Positions 17,903 through 27,387 of a stretch of 64,000 bases of DNA are shown here, piece by piece; position 1 is the stretch's first letter; each line of letters starts with the position of its first letter. The notes under the pieces are model-generated. The model had not been told where the DNA came from. It did not search any database and worked only from the letters and a program-made list of their open reading frames with translations. Source of the stretch: an uncultured Candidatus Binatia bacterium. GTDB lineage: Bacteria; Desulfobacterota; Binatia; Bin18. The translations under genes and the position numbers were made by a program. Location: NCBI GenBank assembly GCA_965243855.1, contig CBDEWE010000003.1, positions 4,750,909-4,814,908 of the forward strand, read 5' to 3'.

Positions 17903-19597
17903 ATGGGGAGAGTCATCGGCACGCAAGACGCCACCCCACTTGAATTCTGGGTGTGGCTCGAAGAAGGCGAAGCTATTCAGGTTGATGATGCCATCGTGGT
18001 CGAGACCGACTCGCCAAACGGACCGCTGAAATTATTCGGCATGGTCGATATCGTCCGGGCACGCCATCAGGGATCGACGTTTGACTCCGACGTGGTTGAG
18101 GCGGAACGCGGTCTGCCCGTTGAACTCTCTATCGCCGCGCACGTTAAAGTGACCCGTTTGATGCCGGAGTATTATTATCCGCCGATGCCGGGTGACCAGG
18201 TCCGTACGGTCGAGGATGAAGAATTCGCGCAAGCCCTGTTCATGGACAAGATGGAGCGCAAGTTCCCGATCGGCCTGTCCCTGTCCGGCAAGGATGTTGT
18301 GTACGGCAACCTGGATTTTCTGAACGGTCGCAAGGGCGCGCATATGAATATCAGCGGCGTGTCCGGTATTGCCACCAAGACGACCTATTCCACCTTTCTG
18401 CTCCACAGCCTGCTGCACTGTGGGCATCTGACGGACGCGAAAAACACGCACGCGATTATTTTTAACGTCAAGGGCGAAGACCTGCTGTTCCTGGACAAGG
18501 CCAGTAACGTCATGCCCGTAGAAGAAGAAGCCCTCTACGCTCAACTGGGCTTGCCGGCGGAGCCGTTTGATTCGGTTCAATTTTATGTTCCACCGATGGA
18601 AAACGCTCGTGGTCCGATCATGCCCAAGGTCAGCTCCCGTAAGGCGGATGAGGTCACGCCATACTTTTGGACGGTTCGGGATTTCTGCCGGCAACGCTTA
18701 CTACGCTATCTGTTTTCTGAAGGCGGGGAAGATGCCTCCTTGCTGTCAGCCCTGACCTATCAGGTGGAACGCAAACTCCTTGAAGCAGCCGAAGACGCTG
18801 AGAAAGATGGTCCGGGTCCGGGTGTGTTGCTCCCCTTGGGAGAGGAGCTGGCAGAGGACGACAGTTCAGCCCCTCCGACCGAGGTTCGCGATTTTCCGAC
18901 CCTCCTCCGAGCGATGGAGGCCATTGCCAGTAATACCAACCATTCGCCCGGTACGGTCGGCGCGTTTATGCGTCGTCTGTACAGCGCGGAAGACAAGGTC
19001 GCGTATCTTATCCGTGACCCTGCGGACTCCGACGCGGCCCGGCACGCCATCAGCTGGCGTAACAAGCAGGTAACCGTGGTCAGCCTGAGCGGGCTGTACG
19101 AAGTTGGAAAGAGCTTCGTGGTGGGATCGGTATTGCAACAGATTCAGGAAGAAAAAGAAGCGACCGGATCGGCGGAACCCCTGTGTTTTATCGTTGTGGA
19201 CGAATTGAACCGCTACGCGCCCCGTGACGGCTGGTCTCCGATTCGAGAGCGGTTGCTTGAAATTGCCGAGCGGGGGCGGTCCAGCGGAACGATTCTGATT
19301 GGTGCGCAGCAGACCGCGTCCGAAGTGGAGCGGCGGATTGTTGCCAACCCTGCTTTTCGGATCGTTGGCCGGCTGGATGCCGCCGAAGCCGAGCGTGCCG
19401 AATATGGTTTTCTGCCGCCAACCTTGCGCAAGCGGGCCGCCATTTTAACCTCCGGGCGGATGATCGTGTCTCAACCCGACATTCCCACCCCAGTCCCGAT
19501 TAAGTTTCCTATGCCGGCCTGGGCGACCCGAGCGGACGAACAGAAACTGCCGTCCCCTACTTTGAAGCTGTCCCGAGTCCGAGAAAGCGAGTATTAA
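17903..19597 (+). CDS. HerA-like (FtsK/HerA-superfamily, DUF87) ATPase
   Basis: 564 aa. N-terminal HAS-barrel-like region (MGRVIGTQDATPLEFWVWL...). DUF87 core PIGLSLSGKDVVYGNLDFLNGRKGAHMNISGVSGIATKT. Walker B CFIVVDELNRYAP. The P-loop is non-canonical (SGIATKT). Confidence 0.65.
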   Translation: MGRVIGTQDATPLEFWVWLEEGEAIQVDDAIVVETDSPNGPLKLFGMVDIVRARHQGSTFDSDVVEAERGLPVELSIAAHVKVTRLMPEYYYPPMPGDQVRTVEDEEFAQALFMDKMERKFPIGLSLSGKDVVYGNLDFLNGRKGAHMNISGVSGIATKTTYSTFLLHSLLHCGHLTDAKNTHAIIFNVKGEDLLFLDKASNVMPVEEEALYAQLGLPAEPFDSVQFYVPPMENARGPIMPKVSSRKADEVTPYFWTVRDFCRQRLLRYLFSEGGEDASLLSALTYQVERKLLEAAEDAEKDGPGPGVLLPLGEELAEDDSSAPPTEVRDFPTLLRAMEAIASNTNHSPGTVGAFMRRLYSAEDKVAYLIRDPADSDAARHAISWRNKQVTVVSLSGLYEVGKSFVVGSVLQQIQEEKEATGSAEPLCFIVVDELNRYAPRDGWSPIRERLLEIAERGRSSGTILIGAQQTASEVERRIVANPAFRIVGRLDAAEAERAEYGFLPPTLRKRAAILTSGRMIVSQPDIPTPVPIKFPMPAWATRADEQKLPSPTLKLSRVRESEY

Positions 19598-19607
19598 GGA
19601 TACGGGC

Positions 19608-20783
19608 ATGAGGTTCCTTCACACCTCGGACTGGCACGTGGGCCGGACTATTCGAAATCGCTCGCGGATGGATGAGCACCGGGCGGTATTTACCGAGATT
19701 GTTGATATTGCTAAGCGCGAGCAAGTTGATGCTGTCCTGGTGACAGGTGACGTCTTTCACGAGCGGCGCCCGCCGCTTGCTGCCGAGGAATTGGTGGCGC
19801 AAACCCTGGCGCAACTCGCCCGCGACAATATCGTCTCTATCGTCATTCCCGGTAACCACGATGACGCCGCCCGCCTGCGCACTCTGAAACCGCTGGGTGA
19901 CTTGCTCCACGTCCATATGATGACGGATATGAGTGAAACCCCGTCGGACCTCATCGTTTCCATTCCCCAGCGGACTGGAGGAGAGCGAGCGCTGGTGAGT
20001 TGTCTGCCCTACCTGCATCCTCACCGCGTCCTGACTGCGGCCGAAGGAACCGACAAAAGCGAGAACGAGCGTCTGAGTGTGTATCAGAGTATGGTGCAGG
20101 ACTATCTCCGCGCCCTGGAGGAAGAGATGCTGCAAATGGACCCTAATGCGGTGTCCATCCTACTCGCCCACGCCCATGTTTCCGGGACGGAGTTTGGAGG
20201 GGGCGAATGGCGCTCAAGTGTCTTTCCTATCGATCCGGGGATATTTCCCAGTCAGGTACACTATGTAGCCCTGGGGCATATGCACCAGCCCCAAAAGGTC
20301 GGCGGGACACGGGCACAGGCACGTTACGCCGGATCGATCCTGCAAATGGACTTTGGCGAGCGGGGCCAACAAAAAAGCGTATATCTGATTGAGGCCCATC
20401 CGGGGAAACCGGCGGAGGTCTCACCGATTGCGCTGACCGCAGGCAAAGCCCTGCTGCGCCGGACGGGAAGCGCCGAAGAAATACTGTCACAGGCGGAAGA
20501 GTTCACCAATGCCTGGGTTGAGGTCGTCTTAAAGCCGGAAGGCCAAACGTCTGAGCTGATCGAGCAAATCCGAACGCTACCGGGCATAGTCTCGCTCCGA
20601 CTTGAAGAGACACAGGCGAGCGATTCCCTCAGCGAAGCGGCTCACGATCCGAAGGAGCGGCCCGCGGCGGAACTTTTCACCGACTATTACAAGTCAAAAC
20701 GCGGCACGGAGCCCGAGCCTCAACTCGTGTCCCTGTTTGAGCGGCTGTATCAGGAGGTCAGCACCGCGCGGGACGAGCCGTGA
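19608..20783 (+). CDS. sbcD: SbcD/Mre11-family nuclease
   Basis: 391 aa. Phosphoesterase motifs DWH (I), GDVFH (II), GNHD (III), LAHAH (IV), GHMH (V). Starts MRFLHTSDWHVG. Confidence 0.9.
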   Translation: MRFLHTSDWHVGRTIRNRSRMDEHRAVFTEIVDIAKREQVDAVLVTGDVFHERRPPLAAEELVAQTLAQLARDNIVSIVIPGNHDDAARLRTLKPLGDLLHVHMMTDMSETPSDLIVSIPQRTGGERALVSCLPYLHPHRVLTAAEGTDKSENERLSVYQSMVQDYLRALEEEMLQMDPNAVSILLAHAHVSGTEFGGGEWRSSVFPIDPGIFPSQVHYVALGHMHQPQKVGGTRAQARYAGSILQMDFGERGQQKSVYLIEAHPGKPAEVSPIALTAGKALLRRTGSAEEILSQAEEFTNAWVEVVLKPEGQTSELIEQIRTLPGIVSLRLEETQASDSLSEAAHDPKERPAAELFTDYYKSKRGTEPEPQLVSLFERLYQEVSTARDEP

Positions 20784-20826
20784 ATGCCAGACCCCAACCC
20801 CGAACCCCCAGTCCCCCATTAAAGTC

Positions 20827-23800
20827 ATGCGCCCACAGAAACTCAACCTCAAAAACTTCATGCCCTTTCGGGCGACAGGTGATCAGGGGCACGAAGTCGA
20901 CTTTTCGCAACTCGACCTGTTCTCCATTACCGGCCCGATGGCCAGTGGCAAGTCTGCGCTCATCGACGCTATGGTCTGGTGCCTGTATGGCCGTACCGCA
21001 CGCTATGGTACGGATTCAAAGGGAGTGATCTCGACCGGTGAGCAGACGTGTGAGGTCGCGCTCGATTTTACGCTTGGACCGCGTTGGTTCCGGGCCGTAA
21101 GACGAACGGGGAAAATCACGGACTCCGGTCTCAGCGAACGCGAAGGGGAAGAGTGGATACAGGATGCCTCCGGGTCTGCGCGGCTTACCAGACGGATTGA
21201 AGAGCTCCTGGGCCTCGATTTTGACAGCTTCACTAAAACCGTGATCCTTCCCCAAGGTCAGTATGCCGAATTTCTCACCAGCGAGCCAAAAAAACGGCGC
21301 GAGTTACTGGCGAAAATCCTGGAGCTTGGCGTATATTCCCGGGTGGCCGATCAGGCCAAACTTGTGGCTGATCGGGAAAAAACTCGAGCGGAAACACTGC
21401 GTGAAACTTTGGCTCAATACGCCGGTCTGAGTCAGGAGCATATTGCGCTTCAGAAAGAAGAACTTTCCAAGCTCAGCCAGCGCATTGAACAGGTTTCTCA
21501 GCAAGAAGAACGCTTGCGCAGTGTGACCCAACACGTCGATCACATAGCGGGCTTGCGAAGTCGTGTGACCGAGCTTCAGACCGAAGTGCAGACACGTACT
21601 CAGGAGAAAGAGTTGGCGCAAAAGAAGGCTGACAAGGCAACCGTCCAGGTTGCCAGCCTGACAGATGAATTGGCAAAGATTGGTCAGGAGCGAGAATCGC
21701 TAGGATACGACACGGCGAGGCACGAAGTTGTCAAACGTGCAGTTGCCCATCTCAAGGAATGGATGGTTGCCCGAAAGGGGACCGAGCAGAAGAACGCTGA
21801 ACAGACTCGTGTTCGGGAGGAAGTTGAGGCGCTTGCCCAAAAGATCGAGTCTCACACGCGGCAGGTCGAGCAAACGCGGTCTCAACATCAGGACTACACC
21901 GCCAGGTTTGAGCAGCTTGTTGCCGAAGCCGGCGACGTGACCACACTGACGGAAAAGTTTAGCGCGGCAAAGCGCTGGAAAGAACTGCAACAGGAACAAC
22001 AGCAACTGACCGCCCGGATAGCTTCTCTCCGTCAAAAACAGACCTCAACCCAACACACTCTGGATGATGTGAAGCAACAGGAAGCGGCGCACGAGCAGAC
22101 TACCCAAGAACTGAAAGAAAGAATCGACCAAGCGAAAAAAGACGAGCAGCAAAAGCGCCAACTGATGTCCGAAGCAGAACGCCTGGAGCAAGAACGACAA
22201 GAGGCCGAGAAGGTGAAAAAACAGGTGCAATCCGAATATGAGACCACCCGCACGGCGCTGAGCAGAGCGGAACAAGCGATGCAGCGCGCCCGGCACGATT
22301 GCGCTCAAGCCGAAGAACAAGAGCAGGTAGCCCGCGTGGCGCTTGAAGATACACAGCGCCGACACGAAGCCGCACATCTGCGAGAGACGCTTTACGTCGG
22401 TGAGGCATGTCCTGTGTGTCGGACAACTGTCAGCGAAGTTCCCGCCGTTCAAGAAGCGGGAGACGATTTGAAGGAACTTCAGGCTCAAGTGGAGCGTGCC
22501 AGACATGCAACCGAGCAGAAGCGTACCGAAGCGCAAAAAGCCAACATCGAGGTTACGGCCCTTCAGGTGAGGCTCGACACTGCGAAATCAGAACTTGAAG
22601 AACGCGGGCGGGTCCGGCAAGAAGTCCAAGCTCGATTCGTGGTGCGTTTCCCCGACTATATGTTTCCTTCCGAAGTCATTCAGGCTGTACAGACCCAGCA
22701 AGAAGAACTGAGCGTAGCGCTCAGAGACATGGAAGCTCAGGCCGCCTCTGCCGAGCGGGAAAAATCGAGACTGGCCGATCAACGGGAAACCGCACAACGA
22801 GAAGACACCCGGTTGAGTGAGGAACTGCGCGGGAGAACGGAAAGACTGGATACCAACACACAGGAGTCGGAGGTGCTTGGGCGTGATATTGCCGTCTTTC
22901 TCTCAAAGCATGAAGACCCTGAGCAGAGCGTGGCACAACGCCGGACTACGGTGATGCAGGCTGAGCAACGGATGAAGGAGGCAGAGAAGGCCTTGCGTCA
23001 GCTCGAAGCGACGCTTAACTCGTTCAAAACAACTCAGGTCCAGAAAGATGGTGACCTCAAATTGCTTGCCGCCGAGTACAAAGGCGCATTGCTCCGAGCC
23101 GAGCGCGAAGCGCAGGCCGTACGCACTTGCCTTGGTCTGGCGGAAGATGCGGTACTGCCACAGACTGAAGACGTAGAAAATGAACTCAAAGCGCTGTCGG
23201 ACAAGCAAACCCGGCACACGGATTTGTTGCAGCGTGAAGAAACCGCACGGGCGAGGCGAGAACAGGCTGAACGCCAATCCACCGAGTCACAGGCCGACCT
23301 TCAAGCCCGAACACAAATGCTGGAGGAGTCACAGAAGAAGCGGCAACAGGTGTCCAACACGATTGCAGAGGGGCGGGAAAAGCTTCGTGGGCTGATTGAG
23401 CAACACAACCTCACTGACACCGGCGAAGACGGAGAGCAGATCAAACCCCAACTTGAAACGGTTCGTGGACAGATGATGTCTCTCCAAGGACAACGCGGGC
23501 GTTTAGAGGTCGAACATGCCGAAGCAGAACGTCGTTGGCAGGAGAAAGAGCAAGAAGAAGAGAAGCTGCACGCTGCCGAGAGTGAAGAACGTCTGGCCTC
23601 GGACTTGCGCAAGCTCCTGGGCTCGGAATTTACCGATTTCTTGTCACGAGGAGCCATAGAGGCACTAATGCGCGATGCGTCCGCTCACCTGCAACGCCTC
23701 ACCCACGGGCGCTATGTGTTTGATATTGCGTATCGGGGACGGGCGATCACACTCCAGATTGTTGACCATGAGGATCAGCGCCGTGCCCGGCCTACCCATT

Positions 23801-24108
23801 CGCTGTCGGGCGGAGAGACGTTTTTAGCCTCGCTTGCTATTGCGCTCGCGCTCTCGCAAGGATTTCGGACCGTTGCGACCGGCCGGGCCGCCCAGACCTC
23901 AACCGAATGCCTAATTTTAGATGAAGGGTTCGGGACGCTGGACCGGGAAGGCGTACAGATGGTCACGGAAACCCTGCAAGAGTTGCGGGGCGAAGAGGGT
24001 CGGATGGTGGGCATTATTACCCATGTCGAAGAAGTCGCCGTGGCCATGCCCATGCGTATAGAAGTACGCAAAGGTGGCAGGACGAGTGAGATTACGGTAT
24101 CAGGCTAA
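20827..24108 (+). CDS. sbcC: SbcC/Rad50-family ATPase with coiled coil and zinc hook
   Basis: Starts MRPQKLNLKNF. Walker A GPMASGKSA. About 800 aa of coiled coil with a central CPVC zinc hook (EACPVCRT). ABC signature LSGGETFLASLA, Walker B ILDEGFGTLD. The track ORF from 20602 is a 5' overextension. Confidence 0.9.
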   Translation: MRPQKLNLKNFMPFRATGDQGHEVDFSQLDLFSITGPMASGKSALIDAMVWCLYGRTARYGTDSKGVISTGEQTCEVALDFTLGPRWFRAVRRTGKITDSGLSEREGEEWIQDASGSARLTRRIEELLGLDFDSFTKTVILPQGQYAEFLTSEPKKRRELLAKILELGVYSRVADQAKLVADREKTRAETLRETLAQYAGLSQEHIALQKEELSKLSQRIEQVSQQEERLRSVTQHVDHIAGLRSRVTELQTEVQTRTQEKELAQKKADKATVQVASLTDELAKIGQERESLGYDTARHEVVKRAVAHLKEWMVARKGTEQKNAEQTRVREEVEALAQKIESHTRQVEQTRSQHQDYTARFEQLVAEAGDVTTLTEKFSAAKRWKELQQEQQQLTARIASLRQKQTSTQHTLDDVKQQEAAHEQTTQELKERIDQAKKDEQQKRQLMSEAERLEQERQEAEKVKKQVQSEYETTRTALSRAEQAMQRARHDCAQAEEQEQVARVALEDTQRRHEAAHLRETLYVGEACPVCRTTVSEVPAVQEAGDDLKELQAQVERARHATEQKRTEAQKANIEVTALQVRLDTAKSELEERGRVRQEVQARFVVRFPDYMFPSEVIQAVQTQQEELSVALRDMEAQAASAEREKSRLADQRETAQREDTRLSEELRGRTERLDTNTQESEVLGRDIAVFLSKHEDPEQSVAQRRTTVMQAEQRMKEAEKALRQLEATLNSFKTTQVQKDGDLKLLAAEYKGALLRAEREAQAVRTCLGLAEDAVLPQTEDVENELKALSDKQTRHTDLLQREETARARREQAERQSTESQADLQARTQMLEESQKKRQQVSNTIAEGREKLRGLIEQHNLTDTGEDGEQIKPQLETVRGQMMSLQGQRGRLEVEHAEAERRWQEKEQEEEKLHAAESEERLASDLRKLLGSEFTDFLSRGAIEALMRDASAHLQRLTHGRYVFDIAYRGRAITLQIVDHEDQRRARPTHSLSGGETFLASLAIALALSQGFRTVATGRAAQTSTECLILDEGFGTLDREGVQMVTETLQELRGEEGRMVGIITHVEEVAVAMPMRIEVRKGGRTSEITVSG

Positions 24109-24148
24109 GGCATTCACTCTCTAGAAGAGATCGTTAAGGAGGAGGGTT

Positions 24149-25018
24149 ATGGCACTGCATTCAGCAACAGTCGGCTCTGTTGGACAACCGTTTGTCAGCG
24201 AAATCGATGCACGTTGGGTCATGTCGTACGCGGCCGGACTCGACGATTATTTACCCTGTTATATGGACACCTGCCGACCGGACGGGATCGTTGCTCACCC
24301 GCTCTTTCCGGTCTGTATCGAGTGGCCGGTCCTGCTCGCCATGCGAGACAGTGCTCTGAAACGGGAAGAGGCTCTGCGGGGTGTCCATGCCACACACGAC
24401 CTGGTGGTTCACCGTCTGATCCGGGCGGGTGAAAAGCTGACAACCCAGGCAACGGTGGCCGGCGTTGAACAGCGCAAACCGGGGGCTTATCAGACCGTCC
24501 GTTTTGATACTCGGGACGCCAATGGCCAGCTGGTCTGTTCGACCTGGTACGGAACGCTCTTTCGTGGGGTTGACGTCGAGGGGGAGAACATCCCGGTCTC
24601 CGACCTGCCGACCCCATTGGAACCGCTCGATGCAGCAACAAGAGCGGAGGCGGAAATCCCGGTGACGATTTCGGCCGGCGCGGCCCATGTCTACACCGAG
24701 TGCGCGCGTATCTGGAACCCAATTCATACCGATCCGGCGGTGGCCGAGCAGTATGGATTACCGGGGCTAATCCTGCACGGTACCGCAACGCTGGCGCAGG
24801 GTATCTCCTGCGTCGTTGCCCAGGAAACCGACGGCCATCCGGAACGGGTCAAACGGATCACCGGACGTTTTGGCGCCATGGTGTTCATGCCTTCGCGCCT
24901 GACCGTGCGGATCGTGTCACGGGAGGCGAGCGCGGAGGGCGACGTGGTGCGGTTTGAGATACGGACTGAGGAGGGCAAGCCCGCGGTGCGGGACGGGGCC
25001 ATTATTTTGGGAGAATAG
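24149..25018 (+). CDS. double hot-dog MaoC-like dehydratase
   Basis: 289 aa with two hot-dog halves. The C-terminal half carries the MaoC dehydratase motif (IWNPIHTDPAVAEQYGLPGLILHGT). Confidence 0.75.
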   Translation: MALHSATVGSVGQPFVSEIDARWVMSYAAGLDDYLPCYMDTCRPDGIVAHPLFPVCIEWPVLLAMRDSALKREEALRGVHATHDLVVHRLIRAGEKLTTQATVAGVEQRKPGAYQTVRFDTRDANGQLVCSTWYGTLFRGVDVEGENIPVSDLPTPLEPLDAATRAEAEIPVTISAGAAHVYTECARIWNPIHTDPAVAEQYGLPGLILHGTATLAQGISCVVAQETDGHPERVKRITGRFGAMVFMPSRLTVRIVSREASAEGDVVRFEIRTEEGKPAVRDGAIILGE

Positions 25019-25075
25019 AGTTGTGGGTAAATAAGAGTTCAGCCAATAAGGATACGGAGAAGGAGAGATAGGTGT

Positions 25076-26083
25076 ATGCAACGTGGACTGATTTTTCCCG
25101 GAGGTGGGATGTCGCAGCGCGACATGATGGTCGTGGCCAAAGAAGCCGAAGCGGCCGGCTTTGATTCTCTGTATGTCACCGAAGCCTGGCGTAGCGCCTT
25201 CGTGCCGTTGACCGCGCTTGCCCTGGCAACCGAACGGGTCCGGATTGGTTCCTACGTGCTGAACGCCTATGGCCGCAGCCCTTTTATTGCGGGTATGAGT
25301 GCGGTCGATGTGGATGAACTTTCCGGTGGACGGCTGCTGCTCGGGGTCGGCAGCGGCAACCGGCATATTAACGCCGAGTGGCAGGGTGTTCCGCATGAGA
25401 AACCCTACCAGAAAATGACCGAGTATATTGAAAACCTCAAACAAATCGTCCGTACCCCCGCCGGCTCGCGCGTCTCATACCAGGGCGAAATTCATACCAT
25501 GGACTGGGTGCCGGCAGTGACTCCCGTTCGCGAGAGCATTCCCATATACATCTCTGCCATTTTCCCCCGTATGGTCCGCGTCGCCGGCCGGGTCGCGGAC
25601 GGTATAGCCATGGGCGCGATATTATCCGCACCGTACGCGCGCAAGGTGATTCAACCTGCAGCCCGAAAATCTGCGGAAGAGGCTGATCGCGACCCGCATG
25701 CCCTCGGTTTTCTGATGGGCTCGTTTGTCTCGGTGCATGAGGAACGTGAGGTCGCCCGTCAGGCCGCGCGTGAAGCGATCTGCCGTCTCTTCTCCCCCCT
25801 GCCGCATCCGTACTACGAGTATATGCTGCGGGAGCAGGGTTTCTCGTCTGCCGCAGACGCAGCGTTGAAGCACGTACCTGAGGGAAATATTCAAAAAGCG
25901 GCAGAGGCTATGACCGACGAAGTGGTCGATACCGTTACCATCGCCGGGACCCCCGAAGAATGCCGCCGCCGTCTGGCCGAGTATGAAGGCGTGGTGGACG
26001 AGGTGATTTTTGTCAACGTGTCCTACGCGTCGGGAGCAGGCGCAGGCATGCTGGAGGGGTATCGGAAACTCATTCAGCTGTAG
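25076..26083 (+). CDS. luciferase-like monooxygenase (LLM) class flavin/F420-dependent oxidoreductase
   Basis: 335 aa TIM-barrel LLM signature (GFDSLYVTEAWRSAFVPLTALA...). Confidence 0.8.
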   Translation: MQRGLIFPGGGMSQRDMMVVAKEAEAAGFDSLYVTEAWRSAFVPLTALALATERVRIGSYVLNAYGRSPFIAGMSAVDVDELSGGRLLLGVGSGNRHINAEWQGVPHEKPYQKMTEYIENLKQIVRTPAGSRVSYQGEIHTMDWVPAVTPVRESIPIYISAIFPRMVRVAGRVADGIAMGAILSAPYARKVIQPAARKSAEEADRDPHALGFLMGSFVSVHEEREVARQAAREAICRLFSPLPHPYYEYMLREQGFSSAADAALKHVPEGNIQKAAEAMTDEVVDTVTIAGTPEECRRRLAEYEGVVDEVIFVNVSYASGAGAGMLEGYRKLIQL

Positions 26084-26154
26084 TGTCTCTTTCACCGACT
26101 CAAGGCTTTTACAGCGACAGTCCCTGCGACGTCCCGGCCTGGAGGCGTGTGGAT

Positions 26155-26892
26155 TTACACATCCGCAGTCAGGCTGGCCAAAGAGCCGGAGCGGGGGAGG
26201 GCGATCCAACCTTCCCGTTTGGCGGCCGCCATATGTTTCCGCGGAATGGGTTCGATCTGATCTGTGGCCGCAGCCCGAGCGATAAGAGCGGCCACGACCG
26301 CATCAAGCGCATCGTCGCTTTTCTCACACGCCTGCTGCGCGTTAACCGGCCAATCCAGCCGCGGTTTTGTGGCGCTAATCAACCGGCGTGTTACCACGCG
26401 TCGTTTTTCCTCACCCGGTTTCTTCTTATAGCCGGTGGAAGGGAAACCCCAGATATGTAGAGCGGCGGCGGGATACACCTCAACAAAGCGACCACGGCCA
26501 CTGCGATCAATCCGTCCTTTCTCAGAGAGCAAGCGGGCGGCGCGTATGGCCGTGACACCGATCAGGTCTGATGACACGCTCAACGGCCAGCGCTTGATGC
26601 GCGCACGCACGAAGTGATCCGTCGCGCGGTATCGGAGCGAAGCGGTGGAGACTGTCGGCCACACGTTCTGACGCTGGTGCGCGTAAACGGCGGCGGCGAA
26701 TGCGGTCGGCCAGCCGAACGGGGCGTCGATGCCGATCTTGTCCGAGCGGCCAAACATCTCCAGCAGTGTCGCGTCGTCCGCCCCACACCGAAGCTCACTG
26801 ATGCGGGCCTTCGGCTTGACCCATTCGATGAGGCAATACGCCGTGTTCTCCGGCTGCGCCGCCAAATCGACGCCGAGCGTCGTGTGTGGCAT
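26155..26892 (-). CDS. DUF429-family protein (predicted RNase-H-like fold)
   Basis: 245 aa. N-terminus LGVDLAAQP...T..C and a central GIDAPFGWP motif typical of DUF429. Confidence 0.55.
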   Translation of the reverse strand: MPHTTLGVDLAAQPENTAYCLIEWVKPKARISELRCGADDATLLEMFGRSDKIGIDAPFGWPTAFAAAVYAHQRQNVWPTVSTASLRYRATDHFVRARIKRWPLSVSSDLIGVTAIRAARLLSEKGRIDRSGRGRFVEVYPAAALHIWGFPSTGYKKKPGEEKRRVVTRRLISATKPRLDWPVNAQQACEKSDDALDAVVAALIARAAATDQIEPIPRKHMAAAKREGWIALPRSGSLASLTADV

Positions 26893-26955
26893 TCGGACAC
26901 CTTTGCGCCGCGTGAACTCGGACTCGTCCCTGATGCGCTGCTTCGATGTTCTGCG

Positions 26956-27336
26956 CTACTCGCTCTTGGCTTTCTTCTCGTCGATGCTATCGAACACCTG
27001 TTTGGCGATACGCAGGCCGTTGACGCCGACCGGCCAGCCGCCGTAGTGGGCCAGATGGATCATGATCTCGTTGATCTTGTCGCGGCTGATGCCGATGTTG
27101 AGCGCGCCGCGGATGTGAACCTTGAGTTCCGGGTCACGGCCCAGCACGGTCAGGGCGGCCATGGTAATCATTGAGCGCTCTTGAATGGCCAGGCCGTCCC
27201 GTCCCCAAATATCGCCGAACAGATTTTTTACAGTGATATCCAGAAAATCTTCGTGCATGCTGCCCGGTCGGGGTTCTACGCCGAAGAGCTCTTTCATCTT
27301 TGCCGCTCCCTTTTGATAGCGTTCGGAATCTGCCAT
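26956..27336 (-). CDS. carboxymuconolactone decarboxylase (AhpD-like) family protein
   Basis: 126 aa. CMD signature and the HLAHYGGWP motif. Confidence 0.8.
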   Translation of the reverse strand: MADSERYQKGAAKMKELFGVEPRPGSMHEDFLDITVKNLFGDIWGRDGLAIQERSMITMAALTVLGRDPELKVHIRGALNIGISRDKINEIMIHLAHYGGWPVGVNGLRIAKQVFDSIDEKKAKSE

Positions 27337-27355
27337 ATTCGCCTCCTTCTCCGTT

Positions 27356-27387
27356 GTTGAGATGCAGAATGGTTGAGATACAGAATA
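27356..27387. promoter_or_regulatory. tandem 16-bp direct repeat in divergent intergenic region (candidate operator)
   Basis: gttgagatgcagaatg followed directly by gttgagatacagaata, between the CMD gene start (27336, -) and the rhodanese start (27462, +). Confidence 0.3.

Noticed and set aside
20602-20826. 75-codon extension of sbcC overlapping the sbcD 3' end
   Set aside because: SbcC homologues start at MRPQKLNLKNF, with the Walker A 30 residues later. The extension lies in a different frame from sbcD and has no SD.
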